Source: Antedon mediterranea (lineage: Eukaryota > Animalia > Echinodermata). Taken from it: a DNA stretch of 64,000 nucleotides. A program made the translations under genes and the position numbers. This document shows, in pieces, positions 28,400-40,661 of this stretch (within the stretch, counting starts at the first letter, position 1; each line of letters begins with the position of its first letter). The notes beneath the pieces were generated by a model, which was given only the letters and a program-made list of their open reading frames with translations, was not told the DNA's origin and did no database searches. The stretch is taken from contig NC_092671.1 in NCBI RefSeq assembly GCF_964355755.1, positions 13,020,001 through 13,084,000 of the forward strand, read 5' to 3'.

Positions 28400-30429
28400 T
28401 TATTTGTTCATAAAATCTTCATTGTTTAAAGGATTGTTAATATTATATGATGATTTCAGCAATTGGGAAAGTGTTATATCTTTAGATTCATATTTTGCCC
28501 ATAATTTAAACAACTTGGATTGCTTTGTGGTTCTGCATTTCTTCTGAAACCTTGTCAATTTCTCAAAGTTCATTGGCTTCTTTAAAGGAGTGACTGACTG
28601 TGCTTCCTCCCAGAGCAAGCCAATTATACGATTAATACTGGCTTTTGGAACTATTCTTTGATGCCAGCCCTCAACTTCAGTGGTTGTTCTTGTTGCCATT
28701 CCATATACACACCATGAAATTATAGGCCATTGGGGATTATTTATCCACACTACCCGGAAGTAATCAATGAGTGGTAAGAGTGGTTGGTCACATTGGCTTG
28801 CAATCTCTTCAAACACTGTAGGAATCTGTTCAGCTGGAATGAATGGCAACGCTAAAAGCTCTTTTATTTGGTTGAAAACTGGTGATGAAATTGTAAAAGC
28901 CAGATTCAAACCAAGATTGACAATTTGCATATACACAGATTCTGTCCAATGGAAAACACAACCCTGCAATACAACGTCTGGGAAAACAGTATCGAAAGCT
29001 TCCCATAACTCTGCATCGTAGCCAAGTATTATTTTTTTCACTTTGATTTTTGGTATTAATTCTCCAATCTTTTCTAACACAGAAATGTAGTCATTGGTTT
29101 GCTTCCTTGACATGACCACAAATACCTGGGCATAGGGTTTTACATTGTCTTCATCCTTTAAATATGTACTGAGAGTAAATATCTGTTGGAAAGGAGCTCT
29201 TACTAGCTTACAACTCACATCTGCAAATAGAGTTTTTGATTTCTTAAGCACTCGAAACTGCTCCGGTGTAGCAAATATCAAATGTCGGGCATTTAAAAGT
29301 TCAACATCAGCAACTAAAAAATCAGCTGGAACTTGTTTTCCATTCATGTAAAATTTAATATTTTTAGGTTGCCTAGTACTAGTTGGTTGACATTTCTTTT
29401 CATCTGTGTGTTCGTCGGGTTTTTCTAACTTTGCTTTCTGAATCCGAACATGATTGTGTGGCTGATTGCCAGGAATAAAAGTATCACCAACCTGCGACAC
29501 CTTTGCATGACAACAAATTCCTTTTCGTCGTACATTGCAAGTCCATGTAACTTTCGATGAATTACCACGTTTGTCCATTGGTTTTCTGTTGTACTTATTG
29601 CCAGAACTGTCAATTAAGATTGGTCTACGACGTTGGGAGCCCTCTGGAACAACCTTGTAAGTATGAACTTCCACAGCTGACAGTTCAGTTAACAGAGTAT
29701 TGATGGCAATAGTTTCCTCTAAACTGGTCTTTTTATCAGACAAACTTACAGTTACTGGTGCATTGGATGTGCTGCAAAAAACTTCCATATCTTCTGTGCA
29801 ACTCGTATGTGCCTCCTGTTGTTGCTCTGTGGTCACCTCCTCAACTAACATTACTACTACCTCTTCTGGATCTGTTTCTACTACATCTACTGGTACGTCT
29901 ACTAATTCTACTGTTTCTATTTTTATATGTTCTGAATCTGCTGGCCCAGATTCTTTTTTAACTGTTGGTACTGCATCAACTAGGAATTGTTCCATTACTA
30001 GTCCATGTAGGTCAGATGGATCAACATGTCCTGACTCTATTACTTTTATAGGTAGGGCTATATCACTAACTGGTTCAGATTTTGGAAATTGTTCTGTCGC
30101 TTCATCAACTGGTCTGGCTTGTACCACTTTACCAAATTCTATTACTTTTATTTGTTGGTCTAGAGAAACAACTGGCTCTGATTTCAGCACTTGTTCTGGT
30201 TCTTTGCCAACAGGTCCTGTTTCTACTTTACTTGATTCCATTACCTTTACTGGTACAGGTAGGCCAATATCACCAAATTGCTCTGATTTTGGAACTTGAT
30301 CTGGTGCTTCGTCAACTGACTGTTTTTCTTCCACTGATTCCATTTCTTTTTCTATGGCACCAACTTTCTCTGCTTTCACCACTTGCACTGGAACTAATTC
30401 TAATCCTTCTAATTGATCTTCAAGTTGTT
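28400..30429 (-). CDS. FLYWCH zinc finger + MULE transposase-domain protein, exon 2 (probably domesticated Mutator/Phantom transposase)
   Basis: 662-aa ORF extended to the acceptor tttacag| at 30429. FLYWCH: WTC..C..HNH. MULE motifs: LFAD, PFQQIFTL, VFP..LQGCVFHW, ALPFIP, RTTTEVEGWH. AATAAA at 28315-28320 on the minus strand. Confidence 0.9.
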
Positions 30430-31019
30430 CTGTAAATAAATAGAGATTGAAGGTTAGCCAAATATATACGGGTATACAGTATAGCCTACCGTCCTGCCAA
30501 AAAACAAATGGTAAAATGCATTCGGTAGCCTACACCATTGTTTATCACCACGATAATACAAATACATACTACATAATTTCGTTCTGACTAGGTATTCTAC
30601 TATAATTAAATAAATAGACAAGTTTCGTGCTACGGAAGCTGGCTGAAATTCCCTGAAAATGCAATTTTTGTTTTGTTTTTTACATTTGGCTGGTCATGAC
30701 TTTTTGTCAAGAAATTGTCTATTTTAATAATTATTAATTTTAATAATAATTCTAATAATATTAAAATAATAATTCAATATAATAATTTACATATATCACA
30801 TGCCATATTATTAATATTATTATTAATAATAATATTTAATTTATAATAATTATTATGACCATATACACAGAGTTACACAGTCCTACACCTATTTATGTAA
30901 GTAATTTAATTACCGTATAATATAACTTTATTTCTCCATACACACAAAGCAATTTAAAAAAAACCCCAAAAAACAAAACAAAAACAGTAAATATTTGCAT
31001 AAAGGGGATTCCCCTATAC

Positions 31020-31110
31020 CATTCGTATGCAACGATAATACACAACAAGAAGCCGAGCGTTTTTTCCGCGCGACCCACTCTCTTATCTCGAGCTCGAGTC
31101 GAGCAGCCAT
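31020..31110 (-). CDS. FLYWCH-MULE gene first coding exon (MAARLELEIREWVARKKRSASCCVLSLHTN)
   Basis: aaaATGG start; phase-1 donor G|gtatag matches the phase-1 acceptor at 30429, giving about 706 aa. Confidence 0.7.
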
Positions 31111-33150
31111 TTTAATTTGCATTTTTAAGACCTCTGCTAGCAGCTAGGCCTCTCTCCCGATCCTACACATCTAGTAGGCCTAGGAGGTAGCTAGATAGAA
31201 TGAATTCAAAAAACACATCTCCAAAAGTATATGATTTTTAATTATAGATTCTGAAATTGATAATGCAGCTAATAAAACGACGATCTAACAATAATGTATC
31301 ATTAACATAAATAGTGTAAGGCCTAGGAATACACGCTCTTCTTTTCCTGTGTGTGTGAAATGCAGGATCGAAAGTGGTTCCAGCCCGTCCACTCACTCAG
31401 CTAACTAGGCTAGGCTAACTAGCTATTTTGAAAAACCTAGAATATTATATAATACTTCCCTGTGTAAGTTCAACGTAAAAGTATCAAGTAAAACTAAACT
31501 ATACCTGCTTGCATTACCGATGTGATTGTAATCAACAGTCAATTTAAGGTAAAAACATTCTACTTTTGTCAAAATACGTATCTCGAGCGGCTTTTTTTTT
31601 ACTCGAGCGTTCCGTTGGGGGAGAGAGACACGAAATCTTCGTTGATTATGAACTCACTGAAGCGGAACCGAGTCATCAATTAATTTTAAAGATGTATTGT
31701 CCCTTTGACTAATTCCAAAAAAATAAAAAATAAAAGATTTTGGAAAAAGGTGGCTCATTTTGAAGTATCATAATAATTATTTACTATCGCCAAAAATTTT
31801 TCGAAAAAAAAATCATTTAACTGAAATACAGACGTTTTTTTGTTAAAAAAATAACTTTGACTTCCAGTCAAAGTTTTCGATCAAAACATATCCCATAATG
31901 AAACGCGCTTGTTTGGCTACTCTGTATGCATAATCATAAAACTTCCTTATAATTATGATCTGTGTGAAAATACCTTCTCAACCGGCCGTGACGAGTTGTA
32001 AACAATCCTAATTAGCATATGCATAATGCGTACTCATGGTTTGAAATCTTTGTTTACTTTCGCTCGCGACGATTTTCCAGATGAAATGTAATCAAACTAA
32101 TTTACCTGTTAATTACGTAAACTTGTTGTTTTTGGCTCGAATTTTCGACTTAAAGTGAATAACTTTAATATTACTTTGATATGGCCACTTTAAATTTAGA
32201 ATATTTTGACCTTCATTTTTTTGTGTTTCAAGGGATAATACATCTTTAAATGATGAATGCTAATTTATTTGTTTCAAAATTTATATGAAATAAATGTTTT
32301 TTTCATAGTATCCTATTATAAAATGACAAAATAAATGATCAAATTCAAACAAAAACCCATTGGCTGGTCGCCAATTTGACTATTTTTTGCTTTAAATTAC
32401 AGTTTTTTGCAGGTAAATATTTCGATTCAAAGTGGAGAACTACTACTAGGTATGTGACATTAAAATGGCATATTCAAAAACAAAAATGTAAAAAATTAAT
32501 TTTTTCAGTGGGACAATACATCTTTAATTATGTTCCTCCTTTGTAAATAAAATGTCAACTTTGATAGCGCCATCATCGTCAATATTTTGAAGTTAAAGAG
32601 AAAACAAAAGAATTGTTTAACCAACCGTAAATTGTCTTTCTTTTTGCGATAAGTTCTCAAGAGCAAAGTAAGTGCCGTAAAGTAGGCCTAGCTAGGCCCT
32701 GACTATACAGTCAAATGTTCTTTCGTGCGTACAACACAACAAAAATCGCCTCGCCTTTAGCTTTTTTCTATTTTCCTATTTCAAGACTCTAGACCTAGGC
32801 CTAGCCCTACTAAAAAAGGTTAATTTTATTGTAAGTATCTGTAGTAGAGTAGACTAGGCCTAGGCCTACTAGCCCTAGATAGAGGGTAGCCTCTACACTT
32901 TTTGGTTAAGTTGTGGTAGTGGTGGACGTGTACAACAAGTGGAATATCAGCCCAGCCTAACTAAGCCTAGACCCCTAGCTATCCCGCTAGACCTAGCCTA
33001 TAGGCAGGGACAGTAGTGTTATAATATTAGTAGGTAAGGCTAGGCTAGGCCTAGTTTAGTTAAGAAAAAAGGGTACGTTGTTGGTAGGCTAGTTAGATAC
33101 TCCGCCTTCTAACTAAGGCCTATCTAGCCTACTAGGCTAGCTAGATATGA
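31100..33150. promoter_or_regulatory. Divergent promoter region of the FLYWCH-MULE gene and OSBPL
   Basis: Genes are head-to-head. CpG- and TAGGCCTA/CTAG-rich. Candidate first-exon donors at about 31504 (-) and 32831 (+). Confidence 0.55.
31690..32523. mobile_element. TTAA-flanked (Kolobok-like) MITE with a duplicated right end
   Basis: ttaa|agatgtattgtccc ... gggacaatacatct|ttaa; a second right end gggataatacatct|ttaa at 32232-32245. Confidence 0.8.
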
Positions 33151-33663
33151 TGATGATTGATTGATTTTCATGATATTGGTTGATAATGATATGCCGCAGA
33201 AGACTATATTTTTGGAGGTTTTGTTTGAGATTTTTGTACATAAATTTAGTGGCTGCATTTACGCCTAAGCCTAATCATAATATGGTAACCCTCCTAGTCT
33301 AGTCACCATCGTCTTTTCTCACCATTTTCCTTGAGGGATGTTTTTTTTTAGGCTAAGAGGGCTGCAGGCCTGATTGTCTGAATAGGCGCGCGTAGATATA
33401 GCATGAGGATTGCATCTACGCATACGTAGCCACTTTGTAAATTTGTGCATTAAAATATGCTCACCATACTATGTTATTTCTGTTGATGGGTCTCTAATTT
33501 TCATCATACTCAAGTATGATGAAAATTAGAGACCCTTAAACCAACTGCTCAGTCCTGTGTCATCTCGTTCCCATTATGGAGGAATTCATTCTTCCATAGT
33601 ACTATGTTAGACCATACACAAATAAACAAACAAGTATGGATGATTTCGATCCAAGTCGACCCT

Positions 33664-34597
33664 AAACCGTCTCGGCCAAAGTCAAGTCGGCCCCAGGTCA
33701 AGGTCAAGTCAACTCGGCCTCAAGTCAACTCGGCCTCACGTCAACTCGGCCAAAAAATAATTGGTCAACTCAGCCCCGTTAAAGTATGGAACGCAAAAAG
33801 TGCAAATGAAGGGGATTGCTAAAATAATATTTATTCACATTTTTGATTTATTAATAAGCATTCATACTATTATTAATGATTATAATGAACATTTGGATAA
33901 TAAATAGGAACACATTGTAGGCCCAATAATGATGATGCACGTACGTGGGCGCGTATGTTCGTTTGTGCGTCAAAATTCAATAAACATGTCCGATATGCGA
34001 TGATATTTATTAGGTGTAATAAGATTGTTTGATTGAATCATTGATGTATAAAATAATGTTAACTCCATTGTTGAATCACGCGTAGATTTCTTCAGTGTAT
34101 GCATTTGATTAGGCGACAACATCTGAGACCAATTCGTAGCTGCGCCTTTGGCAGCTATTTCGATATCTACAACTGCTACGTGTTTTCGCTGGGGATTCCC
34201 CTTTTTTAAAAACCCAAATCATGGACAAAAACGATATGTACGATCATTTTTTCTATGGCCAAATGGTGGAACGTAGGCCTACGTCTTCGATTTACTAAAA
34301 TGCGGTAGGCCTACCTGCACGAGTTTTTGTAACACGCGGGTACTTCTATTCATATCAGCAATGAGATCATTTTTTTATGTGATATTATTATATTATATTT
34401 TTTATTTCTTCATTTTTTTTAAAGCGTGGATAGTAATAATCATAATAATATTAAGCTTTTTGCGTTCCATACTTTATTGTGGCCGAGTTGACCGATTAGT
34501 TTTTGGCCGAGTTGACGTGAGGCCGAGTTGACTTGAGGCCGAGTTGACTTGAGGCCAAGTTGACTTGGGGCCGACTTGACTTTGGCCGAGACGGTTT
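33664..34597. mobile_element. Foldback/sub-TIR non-autonomous element (Mutator-like) with repeated ggccgagttgact units
   Basis: ~140-bp inverted arms beginning aaaccgtctcggccaaagtcaagtcggcccc and ending in its reverse complement; inner aaagtatggaacgcaaaaag / ctttttgcgttccatacttt. Confidence 0.88.
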
Positions 34598-34932
34598 GCA
34601 TGCAATTAATTTTTTTTGGACATCATTTAGAATTCATGAATATTTTATGAGATTAATTTTAGCATAAAATAAGACATTATCAGTCTCTCATGGGCATAGG
34701 TCAATAGGAATGTGTCAACGTATCTTAAGCATTATTCAAGATTTCTGCATCAGACGATAGGGAAAAAAATGTTGCGGCCAGCCAAAGGGTGCCTAGTATT
34801 AATTGTAGAGTTTACTTATTTTTTAATTTGTTATTATAAAAGTCCAATTTGTTGATAAAATGGTTATTATTATAATTGTTTCACCGTTTTTTACAGTCAT
34901 ATGCAGTTTATGTACAGTACACATTAGTTTGA

Positions 34933-34986
34933 ATGATGGAAGATTCTACAGACCGGAATTTGTTGAGGTCAAAGAGCAATTATGAG
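34933..34986 (+). CDS. OSBPL6: OSBPL first coding exon A (MMEDSTDRNLLRSKSNYE)
   Basis: Acceptor ttttacag| at 34896, ATG at 34933, donor GAG|gtaata, phase 0. Confidence 0.7.
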
Positions 34987-35164
34987 GTAATAATAGACTT
35001 TTGTAACCAGAAGTGCATCTCTGATTATATTGTAATATTGTTAAGGATTAAATATATCAACTAGAACAATTCTCCTACATAATATTTTACTGGAAAAAAA
35101 AAATTTTTGTGGTCCAGAATTGGGACCCTAGCCTGAAAATGTAATGAAGTGACCACATATCTAT

Positions 35165-35260
35165 CTGTATTTTCATTTTGGTAAAGATCTTGTAACTTTT
35201 TGAGTGCTAACAAACAGACATATGCAATCGACTACACAATACCTCCTTGGCGGAGATAAA
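35165..35260 (+). mobile_element. End fragment of a HINE/DINE-like element
   Basis: acaaacagaca plus acctccttggcggag hairpin, as in 39963-40541. Confidence 0.6.
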
Positions 35261-35577
35261 TCAATCACTAATGTGGTTGGTGTCTTTTAAACAAGTTACT
35301 TACTGTACAGTACATGTACAGTTATTGTTGACCATTTATAAAAACTCATTAAAAAGTGTGCGATATTCTTTTATTCTTTCTATTCTTTTTTTTCCCTTAA
35401 ATGTAGCCAGTTATATTATAGAAATTTATAATGTGACAATTACCTTTAATTTATTTTAAAATGTGTAAAATAGTACACCAAGCACTAGTAAACATTTGAC
35501 AGTCGTACATAATGCTAGTTTACTACAGAAGGGTGAATTTCGAGTCCTTTTGTTTTTAAAATGTATGTACATAAATT

Positions 35578-35885
35578 ACAGTGAGTGAGTGGCCGAGCTG
35601 TTAAGACCGTGGAACCGTAATTACGTAGCCATAACACTCCATGGTTCTGGTGGTAGAACGAGTCTTCTCGGATAAGGACTATAAACCGTAGGTCCAGTGT
35701 ACACATCTAGCTCGTGTGCACTTTAAAGAACCTAGTACATCTTTCAAGACGAGTAGGGGGTTACCCCGGTGTATTAGTACACCACAGCCACTGATCACCA
35801 ACTGGGCTGGCCCTCTGGTAGACCAGTCTTTGACTGAAGAGGTTACCCAGTATAAATATATATTTCAATCAATCAATCAATCAAC
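35578..35885 (+). mobile_element. tRNA-derived SINE with Deu/Nin-like central domain and (TCAA)n tail
   Basis: A-box tggccgagctg; central taaaccgtaggtcc...ttaaagaacc...gagtagggggttaccccggtgt resembles the Deu domain; (tcaa)4-5 tail. Confidence 0.8.
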
Positions 35886-36822
35886 CAGATAATTGTTAAC
35901 CAATGTAAAAATATATAATAAAATACATGTAAAAAATTTTCCTTTCAATTTTACTGATTCTTATTACTGTATTTCATTTTAATAAAATGGCTTGAAAATT
36001 GGCATAAAAATGAGATTCAATTTTACAGGAATCTGTTAAGTGAAAAACAATTAATAGGATTGTTTGATTGGAGAAAAAAAATTAACCCAACACTTATCAT
36101 TAATATTTGTATTCCTTGAGGAACTCTACATTTTAAAGTTTAAAATGATTATTATAATTTCACACACTGTATAGTCATACTATATTTGTATTATTATCAC
36201 TTATTTTGTACAAACTAACCATGTGAAATAGTTGACATTGCTCATATGATTTAATATTTGAATAAATAATTTTGAACTGAAAAAGAAATTCAGTGTTATT
36301 GTCATGAAGTTGATGTTATAGCCATAAAAAAACATTATTTTCTAATATTCGTGTGTTATCACATCAATATCGTATTGACGTTTCCCGTTAATTATTTTAT
36401 CATCATTCAGCTACGAGAATTAGTTTGACTGCACTAGCAGCAACGAAGTCACTTACTGAATCTTAATGCGTTCGACTAGAAAATTATTAATTGCAGTTTT
36501 GTACTGCTATGCAGATGGTAACTTGTTTTTGCAAGTAAAGCCTGTGCTGTGTGATATAATTTCTTTTGCTGCTAGCCAGTTGGCTTGTTATCTTTCTACT
36601 TATCTGTGATTTAACGCAAAGATGAGTGTCTTAGAGCTAGCAGAAGGCCTTGGATAGAGAGCCTAGGCCGCAGTGTCTGTCTTGCAGTACAGTAGGTGTT
36701 GAGCCTAAAGAGCTAGCATACATAGGGCGTTTGCTTTCTGAAGTGTCTAGGCAGTTAATTGCTCTGTAATGTTGAATTAAGTGCCTTGTTGGTTTATTTC
36801 TAACAATTGAATATTGTTAATA

Positions 36823-36924
36823 ATGAAGAAGGTATTAAAATGTGTGGAGGAGTTGTCACCGAGTCATCGTAAATATAATTTTGTATCATTCGGATCAATA
36901 AATCGTTCAAGGTCAATAGAAAAG
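36823..36924 (+). CDS. OSBPL6: OSBPL alternative first coding exon B (MKKVLKCVEELSPSHRK...RSRSIEK)
   Basis: ATG-started 34 codons ending AAG|gtgaca, phase 0, preceded by a GC-richer UTR-like segment. Confidence 0.55.
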
Positions 36925-37540
36925 GTGACAATTTGAAATTATATGTGTGCATAATTGTTATGATTTAAACTCACTATAAATTAGTAGTATAAAACAGTGT
37001 AAATATGTGAATTGTGCAGGGCGAAGTGACTAAATCTTTCCCCTTTACATATAATAACCCACTTATTTATTAAGATCTTCCTTTTCTATGTGAATTCTTC
37101 CAACCTACAGTACAGTGTACATTTTTTTGATTGAATTTAATAATTTCATGAAATAATTTAAATGATATGAATATGAAACATCATTCACCTTTCTCAGCAA
37201 ACTTTACATGTACAACATATCTATGCATTATGCATAATATTCATATCAATAATTGACTGTAGATGTTGCACACATGCATAATTTGAAGATTTCAATTACT
37301 AATCTAATTACTTAGATGTGTATGAAATCTATTCATCCCGATACATTAAAATAGATTTAATAGTTTTATTTTAGGCCATTTGATTAGTTTGAACCCTATC
37401 TTACCCATCTGGTATTTTACAATAAACACCATAATAAATTGTTAGATTTAATTATGTTAATAATCCTTGCTAGAATGAATACTACTACTTTTTAAAACTG
37501 GTTATATAGATATATAAATTGGAATTTGTTTTTCTTTTAG

Positions 37541-37714
37541 GAAGAAGATGGAGATGTTGTTTCACACCTTGAGGATGAATCTGACAAACAAGGAGGGAGT
37601 GCCATGACTCTACTCCGTTATAATGCTAGTAATACCGAAGTGGAACAAGAACCAGGAAAAATAGAAGGCTACTTGTTGAAAAGAAGAAAAAGACCAATGA
37701 AAGGATGGCATAAG
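37541..37714 (+). CDS. OSBPL6: OSBPL exon, start of PH domain
   Basis: ttttag|GAA..AAG|gtaaat; EGYLLKRRKRPMKGWHK. Confidence 0.93.
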
Positions 37715-38118
37715 GTAAATGAATAGAATAGTTGAACATCTGTTGTTTTAATAAGCCATTAGGATAAATGGTTGTAATGAGTTTATCTTATCCTATGGTA
37801 TTTTCTAACTAAAAATTAAGTTAAACTTTAATAATAAAATGTCATTTTTAAACAATATGGTTGTCGAAGTGTTAGTAGGTAACAGATAAAGAGTACAAAT
37901 AGTTTGTTATCCTAAATGATTTTAATATGAAATGGAGGCCTTGGGAACAAATTAAATTATTAACTGCAGTTTCTAAAACATTTTTTTTCTTTAGTTATAC
38001 AGTAGTAATATGTTTCTCTTTTATAAACTGTCTTAAACTTTTTTTAAATTTTAATAAAATTAATATATTGTTCTTTGCATGTATCATTTAATATAATTAT
38101 TATGTAATTAAATTTCAG

Positions 38119-38172
38119 CGATATTTTGTTTTGGAGAAAGGAATGTTGACCTATGGTAAAACTGTAGCAGAG
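38119..38172 (+). CDS. OSBPL6: OSBPL PH exon (RYFVLEKGMLTYGKTVAE)
   Basis: ttcag|CGA..GAG|gtatgt. Confidence 0.93.
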
Positions 38173-38334
38173 GTATGTTGTAACTACCCAATTGTTTGTT
38201 GTCTCTTAATATACCTGGAATGAATGAGATTTGAATACAATTAATTTGCTTTTTGCTTTTGAACTTTTGTTGCCATATTGTTTCCATTTTAATTATGTTT
38301 ACTTTTTTGGTATTTTTTTTATATCATTGTGTAG

Positions 38335-38460
38335 CTTCAAAAAGGCAAGATCCATGGAACTATTGATATTGGCACATCAGTAATCAATACAGAAAAAGAA
38401 GAGGACAAGAAAGCTAGAAGAATTGATATTGACAATGAAGAATTTTTATATCATTTAAAA
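38335..38460 (+). CDS. OSBPL6: OSBPL PH exon (LQKGKIHGTIDI...YHLK)
   Basis: gtag|CTT..AAA|gtatgt. Confidence 0.93.
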
Positions 38461-38797
38461 GTATGTATTTTTATTATTTTTAAATAGAATATTAAATTTA
38501 TGTATTAAAAATAATCTGTTTAGTAAATCCACAATCAGTTTCATAAATTTCCCTTTTTTTTAAAGTAAAAAGTTGTTTTATTTAAATCTGTAGACAATAA
38601 ATAGTAATGATATATAGATAAATAAAACATTGTTCACCAAAAGTTGATCTAAAATTCTCCAAAAAAAATAAATAAAAATTGTCTTGAAATACAATAAAAA
38701 TACAATAAAAATACTATTGATAAGATTACAAAGAAGGGCATTTTACCTCAACTCAACTTTTTAATAACCTTATGTTTTTGTGTATTAATTGAAATAG

Positions 38798-39065
38798 AGC
38801 ACTAGCCATGAAGAGTTCCTAGCATGGAAAGAGCATTTGCAGAAACACCAAACCTACCGTAAACGTTTCCTAGCATCCAAGCGAGAATCGAAAATGTTCA
38901 GTGTAGAAGCAAACACACCAACTAGTAATGTCACCCTCAAAGCATTGACGCTAGAAAAACGAAGACAGACTTTGAAGAAACAGCAGTCGTCACGTTTACT
39001 ATCGAACCAAGAGCGAGTGGCGATGTGGGTGAGGGACACATCGGCTCTTGATGTTTGCCAAAAAG
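38798..39065 (+). CDS. OSBPL6: OSBPL exon (end of PH domain, linker)
   Basis: atag|AGC..G|gtttgt; includes most of ORF 38837. Confidence 0.88.
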
Positions 39066-39962
39066 GTTTGTCCATTTGTATTATTTTTCATTATGGTTCA
39101 AATAGATTTGTAATTCTGTTACTAAAATCCAGAGACTAAATTTAAATAGAATTATAAAATATTTTGGCATAAATTTGATAATAATAAAAAAACAATACAG
39201 CCAGGTTTAAAATTTTAAAAATCTTTTTAGTTTCCCGAAGTAGTGATGCTGTCGCTTAGTAATTAATAGGCTTGCTTTCCTGGGTTCAAAGTTCAATTCC
39301 GGTGTTTCACACTTTATTTCATTGTTGGAACTGTAACTTGTAATGAGTGGGTAGTGTAGGTAATAATAATAAATGTAATCTTATGACCTTTATTATCATG
39401 TTTAATTAGATTCAACACCTTACCTAGTTGAGATTATCGGTGGTAATATCAATATTTTATAGGTTATCCTAATGGTTATTAAGGATTGAGTTATGCAGCG
39501 GATGACGCCATAAGATTTAGCAACAATAATATATACATTGTAAATGAGAATTGTAATGACTTTAACTACACACTGTATATTATCATGGTAGCATATTCCA
39601 ACAATTAACTCACTTTTAGTGTATCAATTGTATTGTTATTATAATAACGTAGGGCATTCACCCAGGTTTATGAAGAATTCAATTTTGCGAAATGAAGCTT
39701 TACGTACAATCAATGACACCCTTTTTGTTGAATCAGAATCAAATTCTCTGTAATTTAAATTAATTATTTATTTTTATATTTCAAAAGATTGCAGCCTGAG
39801 AATTCTATGATTAGGCATAAACCAAGTGTTTTTAAAATTAAAATGTTTTTATGTATCAAATAATAACATGGTAATAGCATGTGCTTTTTAATCTTTTTAT
39901 TACAGTAAATAGTACAAAATAATGGCTATAAAGAACTAATGCATTATATAACATAACATAGA

Positions 39963-40541
39963 GAACTAGAGGGTACTCCGAGAGTACAAACCTCCGCCTA
40001 CTGTAAAATTCCCTACATAAAATGCCCCCTGAATATTTTTTTTTACATTTTTTTTTATTAGCTCTAAGTGTAAATATGTTAACTGCACACTACAAAGTTG
40101 TGGATGACAGTGTGGTGTAATGGTTATGTATCCAGCCTCTCACAGTTGAGATCGCTGGTTCAAGTCCCACTGAGGTTTTTTTTAAAAATTATTTTTTTAT
40201 TTCTTTTTTTTTAGTTTTTTGTGGACCTTGATCTTTGACCCTAACCCTTCAAAATGTAACCACAATTAGTGTCATTGATCATTGTGGCAAAGTTTGGTGA
40301 GAATTGGATAAAAACTGTTGTCTCTAGGCAGTAAAATAGTTTTTTGTTAGTTGTGACCTTTACCTATGACCTTTTCCCCTCAAATTCGAACTCGTCCTAG
40401 CTTTTGGGGCATAGATCATTGTTGCCAAATTTGGTGAGAATCGGATAAAAACTGTGGCCTCCAGGATGTTCACAGACACACACACAAACACACACACAAA
40501 TATACAGGGGTGAAAACATAACCTCCTTGGCGGAGGTAATA
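39963..40541 (+). mobile_element. Helentron-associated (HINE/DINE-1-like) element
   Basis: 5' hairpin gtactccgagagtac; sub-TIR acctccgcc/ggcggaggt; gaccttg repeats; (CA)n; 3' stem-loop acctccttggcggaggt. Confidence 0.75.
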
Positions 40542-40563
40542 ATTGATCAATTCTTTGTCATAG

Positions 40564-40661
40564 ATTTGTCAGATGCAGAAGATACAATTGTGGAACTTTC
40601 TAACATTTTGCAAGACTTATTGAATACAGAGCTTCCACCATATTCTGATCCCAATGCAGAT
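40564..40661 (+). CDS. OSBPL6: OSBPL exon (DLSDAEDTIVEL...)
   Basis: catag|AT..GAT|gtaagt, phase 1-0. Confidence 0.88.

Noticed and set aside
28767-30435. Plus-strand ORFs opposite the FLYWCH-MULE exon
   Set aside because: Antisense shadows of the real CDS.
40106-40175. Functional tRNA gene
   Set aside because: Acceptor and anticodon stems pair poorly; treated as a SINE-like head.
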